Assembly (NCBI GenBank): GCA_964531985.1
Contig: CAZHFC010000001.1
Span: 188,871-252,870 of the forward strand
Reading direction: 5' to 3'
Source of the DNA: an uncultured Bacteroidales bacterium
Lineage (GTDB): Bacteria; Bacteroidota; Bacteroidia; Bacteroidales; B18-G4
DNA length: 64,000 nucleotides
Shown: positions 24,361-33,490 of the stretch, piece after piece
Layout of the letters: each line of letters begins with the position of its first letter
Position numbering within the stretch: the first letter of the stretch is position 1
Notes under the pieces: generated by a model
Database searches by the model: none
What the model was told of the DNA's origin: nothing
The model's input: the letters and a program-made list of their open reading frames with translations, nothing else
Translations under genes and position numbers: made by a program

Positions 24361-27339
24361 TTACTGTACAACGATGAACTTCCCTGTGTCGATCCTCTTA
24401 CCGGTATTGATACTGATCACATAGCTGCCTCGTGGCAGGTTTCCGCAGTTGAGCCGGTATTGGTTGTGGCCGGGTGCCTGTTGCAGTAATTGTTCACTGA
24501 TCAGCATCCTGCCATTCAGGTCGAACACGGCGATATTCACATTCGATCTTTCATCAAGCGTATATTCCACGGTTGCTGTATGGCTTACCGGGTTGGGATA
24601 GATATTCAGGGATGAAGCATTGATCTCCGGATCTGGAGTGAATATGCCAACGGGTTTCTGGTATTTTTGATTATAGAATAACCCCCTTCCATAAGTGGCG
24701 GCATAGATCACGCCATAATTTTCAGTGCCGGGATAGGTCATGGTGAGGGTGTCTAAGCCGTTCCAGAATTTGATCTCCACCTCTTCTTTTGCGATCAATT
24801 GCTGTTTCAGTTTGAATACCTGCACATCGCCGATATTGTTTTCTATCGAACTCCAGCTTGGACTTCCGCTATTGATATTTTCAGAGATATAGAGGCCCAT
24901 GTCGGTACCAATCATCACTGTGTTGGGGTTGCTCATCTCGATCAGTGATGAGAAGACCGGCATTTTGGGAAGGTTGGATTGTACAGATGTAAACACAGGC
25001 TCCGCGTCAAGCGCGTTGTTCGAACGGAATACGTAATGGTCGTTGCCGTAATTACCCATGGTGACGATCACATGGGCGGGATTTTGAGGATCAACGGCCA
25101 CTGAAGTTATAACCTGGGTGTTTTGCGCCTGCGTAGCAGGATCGATCAGTGGTATGAAGGATGTTGCAATGATACAGTAAGGACTGTTCACATCAGCGCG
25201 GTCGTAGTCGTAGGCATATTTTATATTTGCGATCCTGTAAAGAAAGCCCTCTTTGGTACCGATAAAAAGATAATTTGCATCGGCCGACATGCCCATGGAC
25301 AGGGGTACTCCTTCGAAATCCGATTTGGCTTTGCTGGCAATATTGTACCAGACCGGTTCGCTGGCAAAATCAAGCAGGTCGGTCGACAGGAAAACATTAT
25401 CGGTTGTGGCCAGGAAGAATTTGGATGAAACGATGTCTTTTACCCTGAGCGTATCGTTCGGATTAAGGGTTACGGGTAGAGTGTATTCGAAGGGATAGTC
25501 CCTGTTTTGGCTGTGAACCATCACTTTGGTGCCTGAAGGAAGTTCTTTGTTTGCAATGAAATCAACGGAGTCTCTGCTGTATTCATTTTCAAAGCTTTCC
25601 CAGTAAAGGCATGGTGTGATAAATGCCGTGGCCGGTACCTGGACGGCTGCGGGGAGGAAGGTGTTGGAAAAGTTGGCGCCTTCATCTTCCGATCTTCTGA
25701 AAAATTCGCCGGGAGTACGGGTATAGAGGAAAACCATCGGGTCGATGGCAGAGATGAAGCACTCGCCCCCGTTGCCTCCGCTTGGGAAGTATCCCGACCA
25801 TATCTGGGTGCCGTATTTGGCTGTTGCGGGATTGCTGTGCCCGTTTATAAACTGTGTGCCGGCTCCATGTGCGCCACCTGCAACTTTTTTGATCTTACCG
25901 CTGATGGCAACAGTAGAGAACTGGGAAGTATTGTAAGTTTTATTCCGGAGCACATAGGTGTTAAAATCAGGATTGATATCGGCCTGTGAAATACCCCCGT
26001 CGTGACCTATGAAAAACTGGTTTGAACTTCCAGGCCTGAAAACATAGGTGTGGTGGTTTTGCTGCACATATTGCGGGAAGAACTCGGGCGGGATGGTTCC
26101 ATCCGATTTGCGTGTCCATTCAAAGAATCCCGTTTCATTGATCTTGTTGCCTTCCCAGAGGTTAATGCCTCCGAGCAGTATGCGGTCGGGGTTTTCAGGG
26201 AATACGGCCAGTGTATTGTTATAAAGGCCCCGGCCCTGGTTGACATTGTTGTCGGGGGAGAAAAAATTCAGGTTAACGCTTCCGCCCGGGGCAATGATCC
26301 TCCAGTTAATACCGCGGTCATCCGACCTGTAAACGTTTATCATACCCCCCAGGTTGTTAACAGCCGTAGCATAAAGGATGTCGGGATTGGAAGGGGCTAT
26401 GGCGAATTCCACGCGCCCAACGTTTTCGTAGGGAAGGTTGAAAGTGTCGTAGGCATGAAGAACAAACTGGTTGGGCTGTCCGATATCGGAAATGTAGGCC
26501 AGTCCGTCAACACAGGCTGCCGTTATTCCGTCTGAACCGGTCTTCACGTCATATGAGTTCCCTGTAAGGTATGCTGTATCGCCTACTTTGGCCATATTCC
26601 AGCTTATACCCTCATCGGTCGAAAACCATAAACCGTTGTTGGTGGCGGCATAAACCACGTTGCTGACGGGGTTTACGGCCAGGCGGTTGACATAGGCAAA
26701 ATTGGCCGTATCGTTGTTGGCTGCCGGGGCGGTTGCACCCAGAAGGTTGAAACTTTCACCATCGGTCGATTTATAGATCCCCGATCCGACAAAGGCTCCA
26801 TTGTAACCCAGGTCCTGGAAAAGAGAATAATTCTGGATGGTAAAGCCTTCACCTGTACCTGCATAGAGGGTTCCATCCGGAGCCTGTGCGAGGCATGAAA
26901 CATTCAGGTTGGTTTTTTCCCCATTCAGCTTGTACCAGATCAGGCCTCCGTCGGTGGATTTGTATAGCCCGCCGCTGACTGCACCGGCTATAATGGTATT
27001 CCCACCAGCATCGGTGTTGTCGAAAATCAATGCCCTGGTCCTTCCTCCAACATTGTTTGGCCCGAGGAACGACCAGAAAAAGTCTTCGCGACTGCCATTC
27101 TGTAAAGCGATTTTTTCGGCTTGTAACCTGGCGTTGATCACATCGGCTGGATCAAGGCTGCCGGTAAGCTGGTTGTTACGAAGCATGGCAAGGAAGGCTT
27201 CAGAAGCCATCGCTTCCTGCCCTGAATCATTATTTGCAGCCGGAAGAAAACCGGGCTTAATGATGGTGGCAGAGATCATGAAAGCTCCCAGCAGTACAAC
27301 CAACGTAACAAGACTTAATGGTAAAACTCTACTTTTCAT
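24361..27339 (-). CDS. BNR/Asp-box repeat (sortilin/Vps10- or Ycf48-like beta-propeller) protein with a T9SS C-terminal sorting domain
   Basis: 992 aa with a signal peptide. Asp-box motifs KSTDGGLIWY, KSTDGESF, FSTDEGISWN, RSDDRGINW, RSEDEGANF. C-terminal IYPNPVSHTATV...GSYVISI...GKFIVVQ CTD. Confidence 0.75.
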   Translation of the reverse strand: MKSRVLPLSLVTLVVLLGAFMISATIIKPGFLPAANNDSGQEAMASEAFLAMLRNNQLTGSLDPADVINARLQAEKIALQNGSREDFFWSFLGPNNVGGRTRALIFDNTDAGGNTIIAGAVSGGLYKSTDGGLIWYKLNGEKTNLNVSCLAQAPDGTLYAGTGEGFTIQNYSLFQDLGYNGAFVGSGIYKSTDGESFNLLGATAPAANNDTANFAYVNRLAVNPVSNVVYAATNNGLWFSTDEGISWNMAKVGDTAYLTGNSYDVKTGSDGITAACVDGLAYISDIGQPNQFVLHAYDTFNLPYENVGRVEFAIAPSNPDILYATAVNNLGGMINVYRSDDRGINWRIIAPGGSVNLNFFSPDNNVNQGRGLYNNTLAVFPENPDRILLGGINLWEGNKINETGFFEWTRKSDGTIPPEFFPQYVQQNHHTYVFRPGSSNQFFIGHDGGISQADINPDFNTYVLRNKTYNTSQFSTVAISGKIKKVAGGAHGAGTQFINGHSNPATAKYGTQIWSGYFPSGGNGGECFISAIDPMVFLYTRTPGEFFRRSEDEGANFSNTFLPAAVQVPATAFITPCLYWESFENEYSRDSVDFIANKELPSGTKVMVHSQNRDYPFEYTLPVTLNPNDTLRVKDIVSSKFFLATTDNVFLSTDLLDFASEPVWYNIASKAKSDFEGVPLSMGMSADANYLFIGTKEGFLYRIANIKYAYDYDRADVNSPYCIIATSFIPLIDPATQAQNTQVITSVAVDPQNPAHVIVTMGNYGNDHYVFRSNNALDAEPVFTSVQSNLPKMPVFSSLIEMSNPNTVMIGTDMGLYISENINSGSPSWSSIENNIGDVQVFKLKQQLIAKEEVEIKFWNGLDTLTMTYPGTENYGVIYAATYGRGLFYNQKYQKPVGIFTPDPEINASSLNIYPNPVSHTATVEYTLDERSNVNIAVFDLNGRMLISEQLLQQAPGHNQYRLNCGNLPRGSYVISINTGKRIDTGKFIVVQ

Positions 27340-27465
27340 GTTAGTTAAATTTGATTTTTGGTATTAACGGAATATTAATTTTTCGTTAGCGCAATGTTAG
27401 TTAATGGTGGCACAAGTTACACCTTTTTTAACAATGAGCAAGAACGCATAGCTTAAAAATATTAA

Positions 27466-27473
27466 CAAATATA
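27466..27473 (-). promoter_or_regulatory. candidate -7 promoter box (TATATTTG) for the BNR/FN3 T9SS-cargo unit
   Basis: Perfect TAnnTTTG on the - strand, 126 nt upstream of the ATG at 27339. A second copy lies at 27502-27509. The intergenic region is very AT-rich. Confidence 0.25.
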
Positions 27474-27643
27474 GGATAAATTATTTTAAACTAATAAATA
27501 GCAAATATAAAAGATTATATAAAAAAAGCAAGACAGGTCAAGTTAGCGGCTGTTCAAAATCAGTTTACGGCCGGGGCTTTCGTTTCATATTTTGGCTTAA
27601 TTTAGCGTCTCCGGTTCGCAGTAAACCATAAACACGGCATAAT

Positions 27644-28852
27644 ATGAAAACTACATCCTTTATTTTGCTTTTGGCTTTAATATGGGCCGCATCCGTATTT
27701 TTTCAGGCACCGGCCCGGGCAATGCAGCCCGGCCAGGATACGGCATACGTTTTTGAGACGCTCATTGAAATACCTGTTACAACGGTCAAAGACCAGCACC
27801 GTTCCGGCACTTGCTGGGCTTTTGCCGGCATATCTTTTATCGAAGCGGAGATCCTGCGCATCACGGGCAGGGACACGGATCTTTCGGAAATGTACATCGT
27901 GCGGCATGCATATGAAGATAAAGCTTCCGGCTATGTGAGGATGCATGGTAAATCGAATTTCGGGCCGGGAGGCCAGGCACATGATGTTACCAATGTGATC
28001 AGGAAGGCGGGAATTGTGCCCGAAGCTGTTTACCCGGGACTCTCATACGGAGAGGAGAAGCATGACCACGGGGAACTTGATGCGGTTCTCAAGGGATATC
28101 TCGATGCGGTGGTCAGAAAACGAGGGGGCAGGCTTACACCGGTATGGCACGAAGCCTTCGCTGCCATCCTGGACGTTTACCTCGGAAAAACCCCTGAGAA
28201 ATTCGATTGGGATGGGAAAACCCTTGATCCGCTTTCCTTTGCCGCCGACCTCTCAATCGACCCTGATTCATACGTAGAGCTTACCTCCTATAACGCCTAT
28301 CCCTACTATGAGATGGTCAAGCTTGAAATACCCGATAACTGGTCAAATGACTATTATTTTAATATACCGCTGAACGAATTTCTGGAGGTGATTGACCATG
28401 CACTCCTGAATGGTTTTACAATATGCTGGGATGGGGATGTCAGCGACAGGGGTTTTTCCCATAAACACGGTTTGGCCATACTCCCGGAAAAGAAGCTGGA
28501 AGACCTGGACGGTACGGAAAGGGCCCGCTGGGAAAAGCTCAGCGAAAGCGAAAAGGCCGGTGAACTTTATACGTTTGACAAACCCGTTAATGAGAAACAG
28601 GTGGATGAAGCCCTGCGCCGCGAACATTTCGACAACTACACTGCCACGGATGACCACCTGATGCATCTTACAGGAATGGTGAGCGATCAGAACGGAACAA
28701 GATACTATGTTATCAAGAACAGCTGGGATGATAACAGCAACGAAAGGGGCGGATATCTCTATATGTCGGAGGCTTATCTTAAACTGAACACTGTTGCGAT
28801 CATGGTGCATAAATCAGCGCTTCCCCCGGCTTTGAGGAAAAGGCTGCCTTAA
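27644..28852 (+). CDS. pepC: aminopeptidase C / bleomycin-hydrolase-type cysteine peptidase (family C1B) with a signal peptide
   Basis: 402 aa. MKTTSFILLLALIWAASVFFQAPARA, then active-site QHRSGTCWAF. Later DHLMHLTGM (His) and KNSWD (Asn) motifs. Confidence 0.85.
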   Translation: MKTTSFILLLALIWAASVFFQAPARAMQPGQDTAYVFETLIEIPVTTVKDQHRSGTCWAFAGISFIEAEILRITGRDTDLSEMYIVRHAYEDKASGYVRMHGKSNFGPGGQAHDVTNVIRKAGIVPEAVYPGLSYGEEKHDHGELDAVLKGYLDAVVRKRGGRLTPVWHEAFAAILDVYLGKTPEKFDWDGKTLDPLSFAADLSIDPDSYVELTSYNAYPYYEMVKLEIPDNWSNDYYFNIPLNEFLEVIDHALLNGFTICWDGDVSDRGFSHKHGLAILPEKKLEDLDGTERARWEKLSESEKAGELYTFDKPVNEKQVDEALRREHFDNYTATDDHLMHLTGMVSDQNGTRYYVIKNSWDDNSNERGGYLYMSEAYLKLNTVAIMVHKSALPPALRKRLP

Positions 28853-28881
28853 CGGAAACCACTGGCCGGCCCGCAATGGTA

Positions 28882-29634
28882 TCAGATGCGTTTTATGCTG
28901 CCTGCGGGAAGCCAGCCTGCACTGCCGTTTGCAATCCGGATATTGCACCAATCGTTGTGTTCATCCAGAATGTAAACCTTCGTCCCTTCGTGTATTACAA
29001 AGAGGTCCTTTCCCGCCTGACCAGGGGAGCTTTTAACCGTGATGGTGGGGTGAAAAACGATGGCTTCGAGTTGATTGGCCTCAACGCGGTATTTGGAATA
29101 GGTGATGCTGAAGGATGCCGCTGCCAGCAGCAACAATACTATACCGCTCCAGAATGAAATTTTTCGCAGGCTTACCCTCACCGACAGGAAGAAGATACCG
29201 GCAACGATAACCAGCAGGGAGAATAGCACGATGCCGGCGATGGTCCAGGTGTGGAGATTGAATGAATTCTTCAGCTGCTTCCACCATTTTACATAAAATA
29301 TTTCCGGCACGGCCTCTATCTTGTCGATGATCATGCTGTTGGCGATGGCCAGGTTAAACTGTATGTCTTTGTCGCGCGGAGCAAGTACCCTGGCCTTTTC
29401 ATAATACAGTATGGCCGATGGCAGATCGTTCAGCTTAAAATATGTATTTCCGAGGTTGTAATACAAGGCCGGCGATTCCCAACCGGTTTCAATCACCTTT
29501 TCATAGCGGGCCGCTGCTTCGTTGAAAAGGCCCTTGTTATATGCCGAATCGGCTTCAGCGATCAGGTTGGCGGGACCTGATCCGGCCATTAGCAGACCGG
29601 GTAATATGACGAGTATGATCAGTAGTTTTTTCAT
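28882..29634 (-). CDS. batE: BatE-like protein (TPR repeats, TM segments, C-terminal SH3b-like domain)
   Basis: 250 aa. TPR (ADSAYNKGLFNEAAARYEKV, YYNLGNTYFKLNDLPSAILYYEKA). Two TM helices. SH3-like tail (VYILDEHNDWCNIRIANGSAGWLPAGSIKRI). Last gene of the Bat operon. Confidence 0.65.
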   Translation of the reverse strand: MKKLLIILVILPGLLMAGSGPANLIAEADSAYNKGLFNEAAARYEKVIETGWESPALYYNLGNTYFKLNDLPSAILYYEKARVLAPRDKDIQFNLAIANSMIIDKIEAVPEIFYVKWWKQLKNSFNLHTWTIAGIVLFSLLVIVAGIFFLSVRVSLRKISFWSGIVLLLLAAASFSITYSKYRVEANQLEAIVFHPTITVKSSPGQAGKDLFVIHEGTKVYILDEHNDWCNIRIANGSAGWLPAGSIKRI

Positions 29635-29663
29635 CGTTCCTTTGCCTGTTTCATATCATTCTC

Positions 29664-31541
29664 TCATGAACGCAATGCTCCTTCGATCTGGCTGATAATG
29701 CTGATGGAATCATTGTAAATATCATTCATGAGACTGGTGCTGTCGCCGGGAGCAAACCTGGCAAACTCACACTTATCCAGCACACCTGTAAAGCGTTCGA
29801 TGATCTCCGGATTGACACCTTTTGCCGTGAGCCGTATATTAACACTTTCCATTGAAAGATCGGAGAGGGGTATGTTGAACTTGTCGCTCAGGTAACCCCA
29901 CAGGGCACGTGAAATTTCAGCATAAAATGCTTCCGGCTTTTGTTCTTTCAGGAACTCCCTGCTTTTTTTAAGGTTTTTACGCGCTACCCGTGTTGCTTTT
30001 CTGTTTCTTACAAGTGCTTTGTTTAGCCTTCTTTTTCTTGCCCTTAAGATCATGAAGGCAAAAAAGAGCAACAAGGCCGGGGGCAGGGCCAAAAGGAGAA
30101 AAAACAGCCCTGAACCGAAAAGATAATGGTTTTTGAGCGACAGTGTGTGAGCGCCCGTCTTGATATAACGTATATCCTGTCCCAGGTAGCGGATGCCTTC
30201 CTGGTTCATGGTTCCGTAAGTGTAACCGGCAATATCCTGTTCGCCTTTTTCAACGGTAAAAGTGAAAGCTTTGGTGCTGAGCACATGATAACGGTTTGTG
30301 CCGGGGTCGAAATAACTGAATTCGACGGGGTCGATGGTGAATTCGCCGGCACTTCTCGGTATGGCCAGGTATTCATAGGTTCTGCTGCCCGATATTCCGG
30401 CAGGGGTAGTGCGGATATTTTTCGAGATCTTTGGCTCATAGGTCTCGAAATCGGGAGGCCAGTTGATCTCAGGTGTATTGATCAGTTCAAGGTTTCCGTT
30501 CCCGCTGATGACCAGCTTCAGCGTAATGGCATCGTTAACGCTGAGAACGCGCTGGTCGACACTGCCCTGAATGCTGAACCTGCCAACCGCTCCGCTGAAC
30601 CCGGCGGGTTTGGTGTCAACCGGCAGGGGCTTTACTTTCAGCGTGATCGCTTCCGATTCCATCTCAAGCCTGACATTCCTGTACTGGCTGCTGAAAAACG
30701 GATCATCAAAAAAACTGTCGAAAAACGGGTTTCTCGATTTCTGGGTTCCCTGCACCCTGACCTGTGCGGTACAAGTAAGTTTTTTCGGCTGAATGGTGAT
30801 CTCCCCGGCCTTTTGCGGGAACAATGCCGTTCTGTAAAGCACCCCGCTTGAGTATTCACGGCCGTTGATCATCTCCGTTTCCGTTGTGATCTGCTTTTTG
30901 TCGTCGGTCAGGCTGGTCGACCAGAATCCCGGGAAGGAGGCCAGGTTTTCGATGTTAATGTTTGAAATGGGTATGTTGGCGGTATAGATCTTGTAAGTAA
31001 CGATCACCTCTTCGCCGATATACGGGTCCTTCTTGCTGATCAGCGCCCGTAAAAAAACATCCTCTCCCGCGTCGTCCCCGGAAGTGCCGGCTTCCGTTTG
31101 ACCGGCCTGTCCCTGACCGGGAGGTGTCTTGGGAACGCTTCGCTCAGGCAGGTTACCTTTCAGCACTTCAATGCGCAGGGCATTGGACTGGTATGTCGTT
31201 CCTCCAATGCTGACGGAAGCGGGCGGTATTTCAAACGTGCCCTCCTTAAAGGCTTGCAGATAATATATGTAATTTACCGTAACGGATTGTGACATCCGCC
31301 CGTTGATGACCTGGTAACTTTCACTGGTGGACATATTAGGTCCCGATAATGTCCTGAAATCAGCGATTTCGGGTCCTGAGAAATCACCACCCTTTGCATT
31401 GACGGTATAGGTTAACTGGAACCTGTCACCAAGCGATACCTGGTTCCTGGCCGATGCAGTGAACTCGATCTCATCAGCCGAAACCCATTGGATGACCATA
31501 AAGATCATCATGAAAACCGATAAAGCGTGTTTTTTTATCAT
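29664..31541 (-). CDS. batD: BatD-like (oxygen-tolerance) protein
   Basis: 625 aa. Signal peptide, a large exported region, one TM near residue 490 (LFFLLLALPPALLLFFAFMIL), then a basic stretch. Size and operon position match BatD. Confidence 0.65.
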   Translation of the reverse strand: MIKKHALSVFMMIFMVIQWVSADEIEFTASARNQVSLGDRFQLTYTVNAKGGDFSGPEIADFRTLSGPNMSTSESYQVINGRMSQSVTVNYIYYLQAFKEGTFEIPPASVSIGGTTYQSNALRIEVLKGNLPERSVPKTPPGQGQAGQTEAGTSGDDAGEDVFLRALISKKDPYIGEEVIVTYKIYTANIPISNINIENLASFPGFWSTSLTDDKKQITTETEMINGREYSSGVLYRTALFPQKAGEITIQPKKLTCTAQVRVQGTQKSRNPFFDSFFDDPFFSSQYRNVRLEMESEAITLKVKPLPVDTKPAGFSGAVGRFSIQGSVDQRVLSVNDAITLKLVISGNGNLELINTPEINWPPDFETYEPKISKNIRTTPAGISGSRTYEYLAIPRSAGEFTIDPVEFSYFDPGTNRYHVLSTKAFTFTVEKGEQDIAGYTYGTMNQEGIRYLGQDIRYIKTGAHTLSLKNHYLFGSGLFFLLLALPPALLLFFAFMILRARKRRLNKALVRNRKATRVARKNLKKSREFLKEQKPEAFYAEISRALWGYLSDKFNIPLSDLSMESVNIRLTAKGVNPEIIERFTGVLDKCEFARFAPGDSTSLMNDIYNDSISIISQIEGALRS

Positions 31542-31651
31542 ATCATTTTACTTTAACGGTATGATGGCAATAGCATGCCGGAGATCATAAAAATATGTTT
31601 GTGCATGCCATTCCATCCTGCTTTCATATGCCTGGTTTATCATCATCAAAA

Positions 31652-32425
31652 TTACCAGTCTTTTTCACTTTTCACTGGTTTTCCTTTTGCCTGTTTTGCT
31701 TTTACTTTTTCAAGGGTTTTCTGTTCGTCGTTTTTTAAGGCTTCCAGCATTCGCTCGGCATCCTCCTTCGAAATCTGCCGCGGTTGCTGCTGTGCATCCG
31801 ATTGCTGCTCAGGACTGCCCTGTTGCTGATCCTGTTGCTGATCCTGCTGCTGGTCGCGCTGCTCATCCTGGTTTTGCTGATCCTGCTGCTGGTCCTGATC
31901 CTGTTGCTCGTCTTGCTGGTCTTGTTGCTGTTGCTGTTGTTGTTGTTGCTGATCCTGCTGCTGGTCCTTCATCAGCCATTGCGCGTAGGCCAGGTTATAT
32001 TTGGCGGCGGTATCGGATGGGTTCAGCCGCAGTGCGTTTTTATATGATTCAATGCTCAGGGGCAGGGCTTCGGCCATTACGGTATCGTTTTCAATCGATG
32101 CACTGAGCAATGCATTCCCAAGGTTGTAAAATGCCTGGCTGCGGATATCCTCTTCTACATTGAGCCTGGCAACGGAGTCGAACAAGGCACCGGCCTGCCC
32201 GTAATCCTTCATCTCATAATACACGTCGCCCAGGTTAAAAAGGCCTTTGTATGCATCAGCACCTTTGTGTAACGACCTGAGGTAATTACTTTCAGCCCCC
32301 GCATAATCTTTTTTCTCAAAATCGGTGTTTCCCCTCCTGATATACCTGTTTCCCTGCTGGGCATGGCTGATGCCCAATACCGACAAAAAGGCGAAAGCGG
32401 TCATTATGTATTTAATGCGGTTCAT
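31652..32425 (-). CDS. batC: BatC-like TPR protein with a long Q/D-rich C-terminal low-complexity region
   Basis: 257 aa. Signal/anchor, then TPRs (DYAGAESNYLRSL, FNLGDVYYEMKDYGQAGALFDSV, FYNLGNALL, YKNALRLNPSDTAAKYNLAYA), then about 65 aa that are almost only Q/D/E. Its ATG overlaps the batB stop. Confidence 0.7.
   Translation of the reverse strand: MNRIKYIMTAFAFLSVLGISHAQQGNRYIRRGNTDFEKKDYAGAESNYLRSLHKGADAYKGLFNLGDVYYEMKDYGQAGALFDSVARLNVEEDIRSQAFYNLGNALLSASIENDTVMAEALPLSIESYKNALRLNPSDTAAKYNLAYAQWLMKDQQQDQQQQQQQQQQDQQDEQQDQDQQQDQQNQDEQRDQQQDQQQDQQQGSPEQQSDAQQQPRQISKEDAERMLEALKNDEQKTLEKVKAKQAKGKPVKSEKDW
31784..31966 (-). repeat. imperfect CAG/CAA/GAT/GAC trinucleotide tract (poly-Q/D coding) inside batC
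   Basis: The plus strand reads ttgctgctg...ctgatcctgttgctgatcctgctgctggtc...ttgctgttgctgttgttgttgttgctg. It includes an uninterrupted Q10. Confidence 0.9.
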
Positions 32426-33474
32426 TCTTTGTTAAGCAGGTTTGTTCTTTCAAAAAGCCTGATCCTTGAGGCCCACCTTGTTTTACGTTCAAAAATAAGG
32501 AATTCAAGGAAAAGCAGCAGCAGCCCGAGTCCCAGAAAATACTGAAACTGGTCTTCGTAATCGGTAAACATCCTGGTTTCAATTTCCTGTTTTTCCAACG
32601 CGTTGATCTTCTCAAATATTTTACTGAGCCCCGCCTGTGTATTGTTTGCGCGAACGTAATCACCCTGGCCGGCACTGGCGATCTGTTGCAGCATTTGTTC
32701 ATTCAGCCTGGTAACCACAGTATTTCCCTGGTTGTCTTTTTTGTAACCGCTTTGCTGGCCGTAGCTGTTATACAGGGGGATGGGGCTGCCATCGGGGAGG
32801 CCCATCCCAATGGTAAAGACCCTGATGCCTTCTTCGCTGGCCGCGCTGGCGGCTTCAAGGGCGCCGTCTTCATGGTTTTCCCCGTCGGTGATGATGATAA
32901 TGGCTTTGCCCTGATCTTTTTTATCGAATGATTCCATCCCGAGCAGGATGGCTTCACCGATGGCCGTTCCCTGGGAAGGGACATCGGTGGTGGAGATGTT
33001 CGACACAAACATCTTGGCAGCGGAATAATCCGTTGTAATGGGTAACTGTGTATAGGCTTTGCCGGCAAAGATAACGATCCCGATACGGTCGCCCTGCAGT
33101 TTGTCGATCAGCTTAAAAAGCGCCTGTTTGGCCCTTGTCAGCCTGTCGGGTTTTATATCCTGTGCAAGCATGCTGTTGGAAACATCCAGGGCGACCACCA
33201 GGTCGATCCCTTTCCGCTGGACTTTTTCAAGCTTTGATCCTGTTTGCGGGTTGGCCAGCCCGATCACAATAAAGACAAAGGCCGCCATCAGGAGGATGAA
33301 TTTCAGGATCAGTTTTTCCTTTGATACGTCGGGTATCAGGCGGCGGATGATCCCGGGGTCGCCTACTTTTCTCAGCGCAAGCCTGCGTAAATACAGGGCG
33401 CTTACGAAAATGACGGTCAATACCGGCACTCCGGCCAGCAGGTAAAGCAGTTCTATGTGTTCAAACCTGATCAT
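32422..33474 (-). CDS. batB: VWA-domain membrane protein BatB
   Basis: 350 aa. Two N-terminal TM helices. MIDAS DLVVALDVSNSM (DxSxS). IIIITDGENH. C-terminal TM. Confidence 0.85.
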   Translation of the reverse strand: MIRFEHIELLYLLAGVPVLTVIFVSALYLRRLALRKVGDPGIIRRLIPDVSKEKLILKFILLMAAFVFIVIGLANPQTGSKLEKVQRKGIDLVVALDVSNSMLAQDIKPDRLTRAKQALFKLIDKLQGDRIGIVIFAGKAYTQLPITTDYSAAKMFVSNISTTDVPSQGTAIGEAILLGMESFDKKDQGKAIIIITDGENHEDGALEAASAASEEGIRVFTIGMGLPDGSPIPLYNSYGQQSGYKKDNQGNTVVTRLNEQMLQQIASAGQGDYVRANNTQAGLSKIFEKINALEKQEIETRMFTDYEDQFQYFLGLGLLLLFLEFLIFERKTRWASRIRLFERTNLLNKE

Positions 33475-33490
33475 TGATATGTACCCTTGT

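Noticed and set aside
27340-27643. A very AT-rich 304-nt intergenic region, considered as a possible sRNA, an integration scar or a mobile-element end.
   Set aside because: I found no inverted or direct repeats, no tRNA-like sequence, no ORF and no convincing hairpin (only a 4-bp stem before a T6 at about 27406-27427). It is most simply a divergent promoter region.
31784-32047. A poly-Leu ORF (LLLILLLVLL...) and a neighbouring A/P-rich ORF on the + strand.
   Set aside because: They are the reverse-complement reading of the CAG/CAA (poly-Q) tract of batC, not independent genes.
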